From Takakia lepidozioides (lineage: Eukaryota; Plantae; Bryophyta), in assembly GCA_030704615.1 (NCBI GenBank), contig CM060731.1, positions 67,456,001 through 67,520,000 of the forward strand: 64,000 nt of DNA. The letters run 5' to 3'. The position numbers were made by a program, and so were the translations under genes. A model generated the notes under the pieces. That model was not told where the DNA came from and searched no databases. It saw nothing but the letters and a program-made list of their open reading frames with translations. This document shows positions 10,901-22,682 of this stretch, in pieces (position 1 is the first letter of the stretch; the number at the start of each line of letters is the position of its first letter).

Positions 10901-12209
10901 CCATGTTTTTTGCCTTGTTTTTCTTTTTCATAACGGCCAGAAATGGCATCTCTGGCAGGTTCAATCCACATTTACGTGGTAGCTCAAACAGTGTGCATTG
11001 ACGCACACTGTTTGAGCCCCCCTTGTCATTTTTTTTTGCATTTGGAAATCGTGCACACAGGGGCCACTGTTTGTGCCCCCTTCACTGCCTGTTTTTGATT
11101 TAAAAATCGTCATAATAGGGCCACTATGCCATGTTCAAACCACCCCTAATTGGAAACTCAAATGTTTTGGGCCCTATCTCTGCTTGTTTTTTGATGTGAA
11201 ATTGGGCGAAACACGGCCAGTATGGATGCTCAAAACACCCATAGTTGGAAGAACGAACAGTGTGTGGTCCCCTCTCTGCATGTTTTTTTTATGTGGAAAT
11301 GTGTCACATAGGGCCTAATGTCATGTTGAAAACACCCCTGTTTGGAAGCTCAAGCAGTGTGTAGCAATGCACACTGTCTGTTCCCCACTCTCTGCCTGAT
11401 TTTAGATTTGTAAATAGACCACTCATGGCCAGTGTGCCATGTTCAAATCACCCATTATTGGAAGCTCAAACAGTGTGCGGCAACGCACACTATTTTTGAC
11501 CGGCACAATGCTTGTTTTCTCATGTGAAATTGGGCCACATCGGGCCTACCTGCCATACTCAAAACACCATCTGTTCTTGCCTCTCTCTTATATCAGTTTG
11601 AATGAACAACCGTGTAGGGGAAGATGCCAATGGTGGCGGATGAGAACCCTTCGGGGGAGGGGAAGGAGATCATTGCTGATGTGGACGATGAGTTCTATGA
11701 AAGCAAAGCCGCTGAGATGCTGGGGGGTCAGAAGGTAAACTCTCAGCTTGTGGTGCAAAGTATGCTTGCCCCGGGTGGGAGGTTGAAGATCCCCTGTGTA
11801 GGTTGGTTTCCATGCCCGTCGTTTGTCCACCCCTCATCAAGGACATCCTGAAGCTGGAGGCTGAGTTTGTTCATGGGTATGATGGATCCGCAGTCTTTTA
11901 CGTTTCTACAAAGGGTTCCAGAGGCAATGAGCTCCTTGTGGACGAGTCAATCGTGGACTCCTGGGATCCCATTTGGAGACATGTGAACGAATCCTTCGAA
12001 CTTCTTCTCTCCAGGAAACCTTCGACCCAGGGATTCTCAAGGAAGATGTTTCACGTATGGGATGGCAACCACCGGTTGCTTGCATGGATGGCTGTCATTG
12101 GGAGGCTGCACTCAGAGGAGGAAGAGTGGCATTACTCTGTCCGATCGATGGTGCTAGATTGTGACGGGCTCATGATGGGTCTTTTGACGGTAATGAATGA
12201 TGTGAACAG
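7953..12209 (+). pseudogene. Divergent transposon-associated gene with ParB/Sulfiredoxin-like domain (exons ~7953-8249 and 11618-12209); frameshift near 11795; 3' truncated
   Basis: An acidic/basic low-complexity exon ends GAPKKK|GT at 8250 and joins in phase to AG|GKMPMVADE at 11618. It continues IP(x)CRLVSMPVV.P..DILKLEAEF..GY..VFYVS..KMFHVWDGNHRLLAW, a DGNHR ParB-N/Srx-type motif. A donor site follows at 12210. Confidence 0.65.
8270..11510. repeat. Intronic tandem array of ~26 units of 116-127 bp, each with a 36-bp palindrome; 244-bp higher-order dimers at ~10005-11017
   Basis: GCTCAAACAGTGTGCG-(TCAA/GCAA/TTGA/TTGC)-CGCACACTGTTTGAGC, or variants, start at about 8279, 8397, 8513, 8632, 8749, 8865, 8981, 9098, 9214, 9330, 9446, 9562, 9678, 9793, 10005, 10122, 10250, 10367, 10494, 10611, 10738, 10855, 10982, 11348 and 11464. 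A few half-units also occur. Confidence 0.97.
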
Positions 12210-12240
12210 GTTGGTTTCTCATTCTACATGTTCCAGTTAG

Positions 12241-12500
12241 GCGAGATGTGATTTCATGGAATGCTCACGGAAGAGGCATTTCAGCTCTTTCGGCAAATGC
12301 AACTAGAAGGCATGATGGTCCATGCCCACATCATTGAAGCTGGCTTTGAGTCAAATGTCTGTGTGGGAAACACCCTTCGGCTGGCACACCTTTTGAGGAT
12401 GCAAGTGAGAGTGACCTTGTCGGGCTCTACACCTTCTTGTGGCATTTGCCCAACGAGTTCAAATGCCTCTTCACCATGCCCTTGCTCAGTACATCCAAAC
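12241..12500. pseudogene. Two oppositely oriented PPR (PLS-class) gene fragments
   Basis: The + strand reads RDVISWN..EEAFQLFRQMQLEG..VHAHIIEAGFESNVCVGNTL (12241-12378). The - strand reads GCTEQGHGEEAFELVGQMPQEGVEPDKVTLTCILKRCA (12380-12500). Confidence 0.8.
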
Positions 12501-12538
12501 CCGTAGCAAGAAAACCTTGCACCTATAATTTGGGCTTA

Positions 12539-12870
12539 GAGCATCTCCACGGAGTGCACCAAACAACACTGCAACGGTAAAGGACCGTGGCTTCCAACAC
12601 TCCCCTCCCCCACCGGCAACCCCATCAAACTACCCTGCACATATCATTTTTGCTGACGTGCCTTGCTACGGAGGGCCCACTTGGCAGACACGGCCTTACC
12701 CTCATGCCATAAATGCACGCAGTTGTGCTCTTTAGTCTCTCCAGTAGGTACCGGCCAGGCTTGGTGGCCCCATATCCTGCACCAAAGTACGGGGCCGGGG
12801 GTGCGGATACCAGGGCCAGGGGCTCCTTTGCTGTTGCCGTAGCATTTAGGGACCCCTGGTAGAGATACTC
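12539..12870. mobile_element. PIF/Harbinger (Tourist-like) MITE
   Basis: TIRs are GAGCATCTCCAC and GTAGAGATACTC, flanked by TTA and TAA. Confidence 0.65.
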
Positions 12871-12899
12871 TAAGGGCAAAACTCATTGGGGAAAAACCC

Positions 12900-13996
12900 C
12901 AATCATGTTACAATTGTGATGCAGAAACTTAACCGAAGCTAATCCTCTAAGAATTGTTCCACCTCCTCAAGCACCGAATGGAATTGGTCCATAAGAAGAC
13001 CATTATTGAAAATCCAAGACAAATCAAGCATGGCTACAACTTGGACCACAAAGAAGAAGGAGAACTGCAACAGTCCAACTTAGAATCACTTGCACTCATG
13101 CACGCACAGGGGTTAGAGAAATTCTCCTGTCTTTAATATTCAAGCAGGTGAGATCAAAGACCAGTTTACAATGGACTAGGCACATGCACAGGTTGGTCTA
13201 AGGGAGCTGAATTGTGTTGTGGAAGTAACACAAGCTTCCTGCCGCGCACCTTCTCAGAGATAAGATATGGCCTCTCAATGCATTTCGAGGACTTGGAGAC
13301 AATCTTGCCCAGCTGCAACCGAACACAGACAGTGTGGCCCATTGAGAATTCTTCAGAGTACTGAACCTTTCTGTTGTGATTGCGAGCCTTGCACAGCTTG
13401 TGCCCGAACAATGTTAGTTCAGGCCTTAGTTTCAAACTTAAGTCTCTTTGAAAGCATGGCATCAACAAATTGCTGCCAATCAGAAGGCTCTGCAATGGGA
13501 GCCGGCAATGGAGTATCATGGAGTGGAGTACGAGCTTCCTGGCCATACAGAAGCTCAAAAGGTGAGTATTTGGTAGTAGCTGAATGCACAGAAGTCCGAT
13601 AAGCAAAAATCAAGGTGAGAAGAGTAGTATCTCATTTTTTTTCCCTTTTTTTATATTGAATGTCAAGTTGGAATTCCTACAGGAATATGGCTCTAGCAAG
13701 TCTACCATACAATTCACATGCCCTAAGCATGGTTTTGAAAGACAGATAATCCGTCTCAACAGTGAATTTGTTGCCATATAAATACTATTTGAAATGCTTA
13801 ACACCAAAAACAAGAGCCAGCCCGACCTCTTTGTCAGTATGGAGTTTTTGCATTCATGCTTGTCTAGCTTCCTAGAAACATTAGCAATAACTCGCTCATT
13901 TCCGTCAACTATTTGGCAAAGAATAGCAGATATTAAAACATCTGATGCATTAGTTTGCAATTGAAATGGTATCTGGAAGTTGGGCAACATTAACAC
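12900..13996 (-). mobile_element. Ty3/gypsy pol remnant (RNase H joined to integrase C-terminus by internal deletion)
   Basis: LPNFQIPFQLQTNASDVLISAILCQ..ERVIANVSRKL is RNase H-like. FAYRTSVHSATTKYSPFELLYGQEARTP is integrase-like. Confidence 0.85.
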
Positions 13997-16739
13997 GGGG
14001 GGTCAAAGCAACCTTTAACCGACGAGGTGGGTTAGGCTCAAGAACCGCCCACTCGGAAAAATGCTTCACTATTCAGCAAAGGGTCAGCGGCCAAAGGGAG
14101 ATATCTTTTTCTAACTTTCTACCTGTAAGTGCAGAGTTCAAAATCTTTACTCGCATGACAAAGTGTTTGACATCCTAAACTAGCCCTATCTAATTACCTT
14201 CCAAGTCTTTTTTAATTTCGGTTAACACGGGTAGTTTACATAGGAGTTCGTTGGGGCTTGTCCGGATGTCATTTCCAATGTGGGGGACGTAATTTTGGAG
14301 CTTTTTCCAAGGCGTGGGGGCAAGTCGCTTAGGTCTAGGTCACTTCACGTTCACCCTTTCCAAGGCACACATACGTATTAGAGGCTATCATTTTATCCCA
14401 TTATCCCGATGGGAGAGCAACGCTATCATACCAAAGAAAAATACTCTACCAATAGCATATTATATTCTCTTATTCTCTAAGGCTATTTAATATTATCTAT
14501 TACTATTTTTAAAATAAAATATTTAAATAAATAAATATTTTTATTTTGAAAATTAAAATTAAAATCGCAAATTATAATGTGGCTGTTTCTATTTTGTCGC
14601 TAATTTCCTTAGAATCCCAATTTAAATTATTTTTTAAGTAGAAAATATCTAAATTCAGAAAATATGCATAATGTGGGAAATTTTTCTAATTAGCCATAGA
14701 TCAGCACCTACATATACGAACAATCCCTAAATCTCGCAAGAAAAGTGTATCGTTGTGCGTGAACCTGTTGGAGGCCACCCCAAAAGGTCGGAAAACCTCC
14801 CTTTAAGGTCCTAAATACTTTGTTTCAGCCCAAGGTCTTGAGTTCAATCCTTGGGGTTTGGACTGATTTTTCATCCTTGGATGAAATATTGCGCCAATAT
14901 TCATCCATCCAATCCAAGCCACCTCTAGGTGGTCAATCGGACAGGTCGGTGAAGAACGATTATCTTTTCCACTTCAACCCTAAAGTCCTTAACTCAAACT
15001 AAGACTTTTGGCTCTATCATATATGACGATGTCTGAGCCAAAAAGCCTATTCACTCACGATATGATTACTTTATACCCACATGATGGCCTTGGGCCTACC
15101 TTACTGGACCAAAAAATCAATTGAAGACACTAAAATCTATCATAATTTCACCTTCCCTACATGCTAAGTCCTAATAGTAGCCCAAAAATGTTTCGTGAGC
15201 TAAGAGCATCCCCACCCTTCTCACTGAAATGGCCCCTCTATGCCTATTTTGGAGGGGTTGGCTCAGGACTCTGGAAAGGTGTTTGAAGGGGTCGGCTGCT
15301 CGTAGTCACACCCTTGCCCCTCGTTACGCCCCTGTACCCTATGTTCCCATAGTTCCCAATGACGTTCTCAATGCTCCTTATCACGTTCCCCACCTACTGC
15401 TTGCCTTCGTCATCCCCGTGTCGCAGCTCTTGTCTTCGGCTGGAAGGGAAGCGAGAGGCTGGGAGGCACGCTCTGACATGTCCATGGTCGAGACGACTCG
15501 GTTCAGGGACGAGCTCAGGGACTGAATATCGTGCACGGATTCAGTGAAAGAGAGGCGGTTTAGTGCTCGCCCTGAACAGCGTATACGATAGCGGGGCAAA
15601 GGTGTGGTGGGTCGTGCTTGAGCTTGGGCCATCCCATCTTTAGCCATTTTGGCTATTGGTTGGGCTTTATATGGCCTCCAATGGTTGCGTAGCCCCTACA
15701 GATGCTGCTGAAAAAAAATATTACCCATCCATGCCACTATACCATGGTGGGGGGTAACCCCTATGGGGTTAGAAAACCACCTCCTCGCTAGTTAGTCCCC
15801 CATGCGCTATATCGGCTATGGGGGGCCAAATTTTCATGGATTGGAGGTCTGTAAATTGCTTATGAGAGCTTTTCAAAAAACCAGCGAGAAAGTAATACGG
15901 AAAAAAACCTCCTACTTGTTAGCCTTCGCACTCGATCTCTCTCTTTGATTGGGGTGGGGAAGGGGGGCTGGCTGGAGCTTAACAAGTAATGTAGTGGTCA
16001 AGAGCACATCAAGAGTAATGGATCTAGGTAAGCCTAATCTTCACTCACCCATACTCACTTCATACAAAGACAGTTGTGGTAATTGGTATACACAAATCTA
16101 TGCACTCACAAGAAACCACCTCAAATTGTAACGTTCTTTATATGCGTCCCCCTGTGCATACACACTTCACCAGCCCGAGATACCTGGCCCCACCTACTGA
16201 GCCAATGCACTCATCGTCTTATACACTACGAATTACTAAACACAACCAGGCCGTATGGCAAATCCACAAACTCTTTATGAAATACAGAACCACCCGATAG
16301 TATTCTCATTTCAAGGCTGGCACCTATGGGGGGTGCTATTCCGTGAGCCCGGAGGCGTGAGCCTGTGAGCCCAGCACAGGCTCACGCCACGTCAGCATGC
16401 ATACAGGGCCTATTTCCGCGGGTGTCACCTATTACCGCGGGTTGATCATGCATTTCCCGGGAATGCAGACTGGATGTGTTACATCCATTGTATCCATCCT
16501 TTCTATCCATTGCATCCATCTAGACGTTATCAACATACCAAGCCCCTGCATTGGAATGTGGGTACGTCGTGAGGAGGTGCACACTGACATCATCCAAAGC
16601 GGATCCCTGCGAAATCTTTTCTTACTCACCACCCTTGCGAACATGCCAGGTATGTGCGGGAGCATCATGGATGCTCACCAGATTTGAGAATGCCTGAACG
16701 CTCTTTGATCACGTGGACTTCACCATGATGGATTTACCA

Positions 16740-17041
16740 AACATGCTGAGCTGAGAAGATTGTCTGGGCAGATGAAGGAGGCGGAGGGTATGTGCCTGAC
16801 ACACCATTTTTATTGCATGATGTGGAGGTAAGGAATTTTCTCTTAACCACCACAGTGAGAAGCTGGCCATTGGTTTTGGGCTGATCAGCACGACTCATCC
16901 AGAATCTTCGAGTGTGTGAAGACTGCCGCACCTCCACCAAATTCATCTCAAAGATTGTTGGCCGAGCAATTGTTGTATGGGACGCTAACTACTTTCCACC
17001 ACTTTGAAGATGAGATTTGTTCTTGTGGTGAATACTGGTGA
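16740..17041 (+). pseudogene. Isolated degenerate DYW deaminase domain
   Basis: [80 protein letters not shown], with frameshifts and deletions. Confidence 0.88.
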
Positions 17042-17859
17042 AAAGATGTTTTCTTGGAAAGATGCTAGTGTCTTGCTTCATTCATTGATCTGTGTAGCTA
17101 CTCAGACCATCCACCATTTCCTGATAGTGGGGTCTACTCGGCATAGGTAGGAAGTCAGCCCACAATTGCACTTGATTGAAGGGGTGATTTTTGACTGATT
17201 CTGGTGACAGTGGATGGAAATCAGAGTGTTGTCCTAATTCTGGGTTTGGGTGGTGGAGCTTCTCCAAAGCTTGAAGATGGAAGTGAATACGAATTTTAAT
17301 GAGCTTGATGAGAGGGGCAGCCCTGTGCACAAGTTTGTTCAACATCTTAAATTTGGACATGTTTGTTTGTTTCTCATAGTGTGGCTTTGGATGGAGCCCT
17401 TGATGAACTTACATGAATATTGTCTAAAGCTAGCATTAACCCACCAAGATCCAATCCCACGGTGGATGCTTGAAAGTTCATATAGTGAATGTAAGGGTAT
17501 TTGGGTATGTTGATATTGATTGATGCGGCTTGTGAAAATCCGCCATTTGTGAGATCCGCCATTTTTCTTCCAGAAAAAAATAAAACACATGATCTCTACA
17601 TGTAACACACTGGGGATGACCTACCCTTTTTTTGTGAAAAATTGAACGTAGTTCTCAGAATTCGTCGCTAGTAGTGCGGAGCAACGCGAAGCCCTAGTAA
17701 TTAATTATTTCGAGGATTTGCATAAAGCAGCGGCTAGTGTGATGATAAATAGCAACATGTGACGAACGCGAGGTTTGCTGTTCAAATCCTGGTAGGTGAC
17801 ATTGTGGCGGTAATGTGTGTTAATTATAAATATATATTTTGTTTGAGGAGTTTCTGAAG

Positions 17860-18170
17860 GTTGGAGTTAGGCGCTCGCCAGTTGGAGTCCCTTGTTGGTT
17901 AGTCCGCTCGTCAGTCCGCCAGACTAAGTCAGTCTGCTTGCCAATCGCCAGTCCGCTCACCAGTCTGCTGGTCGGAGTTGGGCAATCACCACTTGGAGTC
18001 CGTTGTTGGTTAGTCCACTCGTCAATCACCAGTTTGGTGAGTCCAATCGCCAGTCCACCAGACTAAGTCAGTCCGCTCGCCAATCACTAGTCCGCTCGAC
18101 ACTCTGCCGATCAGTCCGCTCGCCAGTTGGAGTCATTCTGTTGAGGGTTTGGCCAGTCCGCTAGAAGTTC
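17860..18170. repeat. Degenerate minisatellite of agtccgctcgcc / agttggagtc motifs, downstream of a B-box-like sequence (gttcaaatcc, ~17780)
   Basis: Repeated 12-mers, and a ~115-bp duplication containing 'ccagactaagtcagtc'. Confidence 0.6.
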
Positions 18171-18729
18171 CGCCGCCGTTAAAGAACTAGAACTTAGAAA
18201 AAATTCAGAATCTAGACCCTCTGAAAGGGGGTTGGGTTCATGAGCTCACCCCATGGGCAGTAGTGGCGGGGCCATAGGTGCATTCAAGTCCCAATTATTA
18301 AAAAATGAAAGGCCTACCTACCTTTGGTTACTCCATACTTGTATTATACAACAATCATGTGATAAGGACAGCCTGGTGCTCTAGTGATTCAGGTCTTGTA
18401 AGCTGGCTATCCATTCAGGATTGACCAGCTTACCTTCACTTGATTATATAATGGAAGATGATGAAGCTCCTGACAGTGTGTTTTAAGTCACTATGCACAA
18501 GTGCTGTACCTGGATGATCAGAATGTGATGATGCCCTGCAGTAGCTTTGTGATTGGTTTCACTGAGCGTCCTCTTGCAGTGATAGCAAGTTCTATAGAGC
18601 TTACAATGATGATTAGCTTCACATCCTCGTCTTGGGTTTTTCTCGATTGTGAAGTTGGGTTTGTGAATCGCGAGGTTGTAAGGATCGGGACTGAGAGGTG
18701 TACAGAATTCGTGAATTAGGGTGAAGGAG

Positions 18730-19026
18730 ATGGGGGAGGCGGCATGGAATGTGATGAGGTTAGGCAATCTAGGACGTCTGGCGCTGCTGTGGCTCCCGCA
18801 GCTGTTCTGCTGCTACCTTCGTCTTCTTTATGACCGATTGCGCCGCTCGGCCTCACGCTTCCCCCGCTCTTTGCCCCCATCCCATTGGAGGCCTGCATGT
18901 ATTGTGACTGGGGTACTCTCTCCCTGTCTTCACACACGTTTGATATGCTTACATCGTCATCAACTGCGTCGGGAAAAGTCCATTGCACAGCTTTTGATGT
19001 ATTGTGAAGTAATCCGCTTAAGAGAC

Positions 19027-19085
<59 letters not shown>

Positions 19086-21572
19086 ATATGCTTAACATCG
19101 TCGCCGATTGCCTGGCATAGGCATTCAATGTAAGCGCATCCAGCTTAAGAGAACTCACGCACACACGGACACACACAAATGTAAAGCATTGTCTGGATGA
19201 GTGGGAGGGTAGGCAACGTCAGGCATCGGGAAGGCCACAGCTGCTGCACTCGCTCTGCAAGGCTTCCACGTCATCTTAGGTGGGTTCACAACTTCACTGT
19301 TCGTCTACATGGTGTCTTTGTTAGCAGATCAACAGGACCTCAACAGTACCTTGTAAGAATGACACTTTCGAATAGGGTTTTCCGGTCATTGGGATTGAAG
19401 GTCAGAAGCTACTGTGAACGCTCCTCTGTTCCGAAACGTTTCTGCAAAGTTGTAATTGTAACAAAAAGATGATGCGACTGACTTGGGGATGTGGCTTCTG
19501 GGTTTGGGAGAATTACAGCTGGTCGCTCTGCTAAGCGTTTGAAGGAGGTATGTTCTTCATTTCTCATTTCCTTTACCCTCAACATGTGGTCCTCTCTTTC
19601 TACCCTGGGCCACCATTTTGATGGACCACAAAGGACTGGGAGCGAGAGATAGATTCATTAACGGGGGAACTGTAAAATAGGAAGTGGGCCACTTTCAGGC
19701 TTGAATATTCACGGAACTTGTATAGTGGCAGTATTCCCTAGTGGTCAACAACTACAACTGTTTTCCTGGCCTTTCAGGTGGTAGCGGAAATAGAGACACT
19801 GCATCAGGGTGTGTCCCTTCAGGCTCTACAGCTGGATTTGTGCTCCAGTTCGTCCATTCTGACATTTGCAAAGACCATTCGAGAGCTGTTTGAAGGAGAG
19901 AATCCACCAGGTAACCTACAGCTACTGGTCAACAATGCGGGGATTTTGGCTGCATCCCAGCGGTGGACTCTGATGGATTCGATTGGTGTGTATGCATCCT
20001 TCCCCCCAACTTCTTGTAAACCTGGTGTGTGTTTGCTGCCTGTGTATTTACAGAATCTGTCGGCAATGGTCATTTTCACCTGTTCACTTGGGTCAATTCC
20101 TCAGCACCTATTCACGCACTAAAGCTATTGTTTGGCCTCAATTATGGTTCATTTTCCTCTCCAGATTTTACTCAAGTTGGACTAGGTGCCCCACAGTCCT
20201 ATGTATGTGTGCTACACGTACTGTTAAACTACGTGGAAGGGGTATTTGCTTCATCAGAGTTGTTTGTTACTATTGCATTGTTGGATGAACATGTGCATGT
20301 GGGATTCATGGGGCAGCATGATGGCGAGCAATTACTTGGGGCGCTTGACTCAGCAGCTGCTGCCATTGCTGCAGAAGAGTGCCCCTTGGGCCCGTATTGT
20401 CAATGTTGTCTCCTTCACCCATCACTCTGGTACGCATAATCCAATGATTCTCTTAATTGCTTCCCAAGTTTTCGCATTTATGATCCTATTTCTCTGTAGT
20501 AGTCTTTGACGCAGTTCTTGCCAGACTCAACAGCTCCAAGAGGTTTGGCTGAAGAGGTCTGATTCTGTAAGGGACTTCTTTGTGATGCAGTGCAAAGCTT
20601 GCAGATAGATGAAGGACACTTGGTCAAAGGCACAATGCAGACAACCTCTTGTGGCAATTCGTATAGCCTAGTGCAAATCTATGAGAGCTCCAAAAGTAGG
20701 TTGCCTCCTTCCTGGCTGTTTTCCTGAAGTGCTGTCACTCGTGTTTTAGGTTGAGGCTGCAAGGCTGCACCATACTGAGGCTGCCGTAACTCTGTTGCTA
20801 CTTCCGTGGGTGGGGGATGAAGGTGTACATGACCAATAGTACTGAAGGTGTTTGTCTTTGTATTGTTTTTCAAATGAGTGATGGTGGGGTGTTGTGCAGT
20901 GTGTTTACTCCTCTTCTCATATGAGCTTCACCGTCGGCTGCACTCAAGTGACGACTCTTCTCACATCTCAGTCGTGTATGGTCTTCTCTTCAGACCCACT
21001 CCTCAACTTTAGTTGCTTCCCTACAGATCGAGTGCTTAATGTTGCATTTTTGTCAACAGTGCTGCAGATCCAGGGGCAGTGAATACTGACATTTGGCGGG
21101 AAGTACCTGTTTGGCTTTGGAAGCTGATCATTGTGCTTCTCATGCTGCTCGGTCTCTTACAGTCACCAGCAGTTGGAGCTGCATCAGTTGTTGATGCCGC
21201 TTTGGCTCCTTGGGTGGGTATCCTTACACCGTTCGACCTGAAGGCTAGTCTAGTGAGAGCTGCTGTATTTCCATGCTTCAAAACATTATGACTCTTAAGC
21301 ACTCAAATCAAAGAGAAGTAAAATTTCTGGGAGGTCAGTGGTAATGCACCGAGAGCTTTGAGCAGCTATGCAGTCATGTGAGAGGATGGAATTAATGGGT
21401 CTAATTTCATTTTTCATGTGAGCAGGAAGTGTCAGGCAAGTACTTCTTTGGTGGGAAGGGGTTCACTATGAAGTCTTCCAAGCTTTCATATGATAGACAA
21501 CTTGCGAGTAGACTGTGGGAAGCATCTGCTGCTGTTTGTGATCAATCCATTGCTGAGCATAGGGTTGACTAG
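18730..21572 (+). CDS. Short-chain dehydrogenase/reductase, DHRSX/FEY-like, 9 exons (one apparent frameshift near 19970)
   Basis: Exons ~18730-18912 (..PACIVTG), 19213-19279 (ATSGIGKATAAALALQGFHVIL), 19519-19547 (GRSAKRLKE), 19779-19985 (LDL..LLVNNAGI), 20318-20429 (NYLG..ARIVNVVSFTH), 20591-20697 (YESSK), 20899-20975, 21060-21213 (ADPGAVNT) and 21427-21572 (SGKYFFGGKG..LW..*). Boundaries are GT-AG. Confidence 0.88.
19025..19080. repeat. Compound (CT)n(CA)n microsatellite in SDR intron 1
   Basis: Directly visible in the sequence. Confidence 0.95.
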
Positions 21573-22682
21573 GAGCTGAGCAACCAGATTTTATGCTGAT
21601 CAGCTTCTGAACTGTAAGTTTCATTAAGGATGGACTTGGTCAGAAAATCTAACTAATGCCTTGCAATGACAATTGCAGCATAGGACATTGGTGAAGAATT
21701 TTCATATTCGTTGGGTATCAATAGAAGCATGATTTTTCATTTGCAGACTGGTATCAAAGGGGACTATAAATGATGTTACAAATGATGTTCTGGTCTTGTA
21801 TTAATTAATGTTGTCATGGCCCACATCTCCCCAAGTTCTGCTATTTGCCCCAGTGTGAGGCTTGTTGGTCCAGTGAGAGGTGGCCGTGCTCCAATTGAGT
21901 GCGAACTGTCCCCCAGGGTTGGCGGGGAAGTGCTGGCTGGGTTGCCATAGAGAAGTGTGATGCAGGTCCACTATGCTTGAATCTGCTTCAGGAATTGCAA
22001 AACTGCTGAGTTTTTGGGAGAGAATCTCACCCCCTTGGGTGCCCATGGATGTTTCAACCTTGAGTAGCATGTCTTGGGCTCGTTCGTAAGATTTCAGGTG
22101 AGAGTCGGAGGCCCACCTGAACTACCTGATTGTGGTTGATAATGTCAAAGACCTTCTTTCGATTTGCTGGGACCACAGGGCCCTCCATTGTTGGGAATGT
22201 TCAACAACAAGGTTTCAGAATTGCTTGTAAAAGTGAGAAAAACCAAAGTGTGTGGGCCATCGTGACAATGAGACAAAACTATGGTGGATTGCATACCTGA
22301 TCGTCACTTCTATGTGGAAGCTTCTCCCCACGCAGCAAGCTCATGTGGCAGGGGCAGGAGGCTCAACTCCAGTGTGCGCCTCACACCACCCATGAGCTAT
22401 GGCGTACCCCATGCAGCTCCTGCTTTCCCATCAACCCTTCAAATGATTATTCTGTGGCATGTGCCCCACTAGCCAATGTAGCATTAGGTTAAATCCATGC
22501 TATTCAGTTCTGCTGCAGCTCCAATGTTTAGATGCCAGTATCCAAACAGGAGTGGCTAAAGTCTGGTTCAATTTTTAGACTTCCATGTTTTGTACAAAAT
22601 ATGTCAATTGGCAAATTTCAGACCATTGTATAAAGGTCTTTTAAAAAATTGAAGTGCTCATTGACTATTAGTGGACTGACAA

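Noticed and set aside
8492-11318. Many short ORFs with GGSNSVRQRTLFELP repeats
   Set aside because: They are translations of the palindromic array on both strands, with frequent stops and frame changes.
8270-11510. CRISPR array (36-bp palindromic repeats at regular spacing)
   Set aside because: The ~80-90-bp spacers are homologous to each other rather than unique, no cas genes are present, and the context is a eukaryotic intron.
4280-12240. TIRs/TSD for the first MULE-like element
   Set aside because: None found by eye. The element appears truncated at both ends, so linkage of its parts is inferred from arrangement only.
21800-22250. Possible integrase zinc-finger remnant on the minus strand
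   Set aside because: Too degenerate to support.
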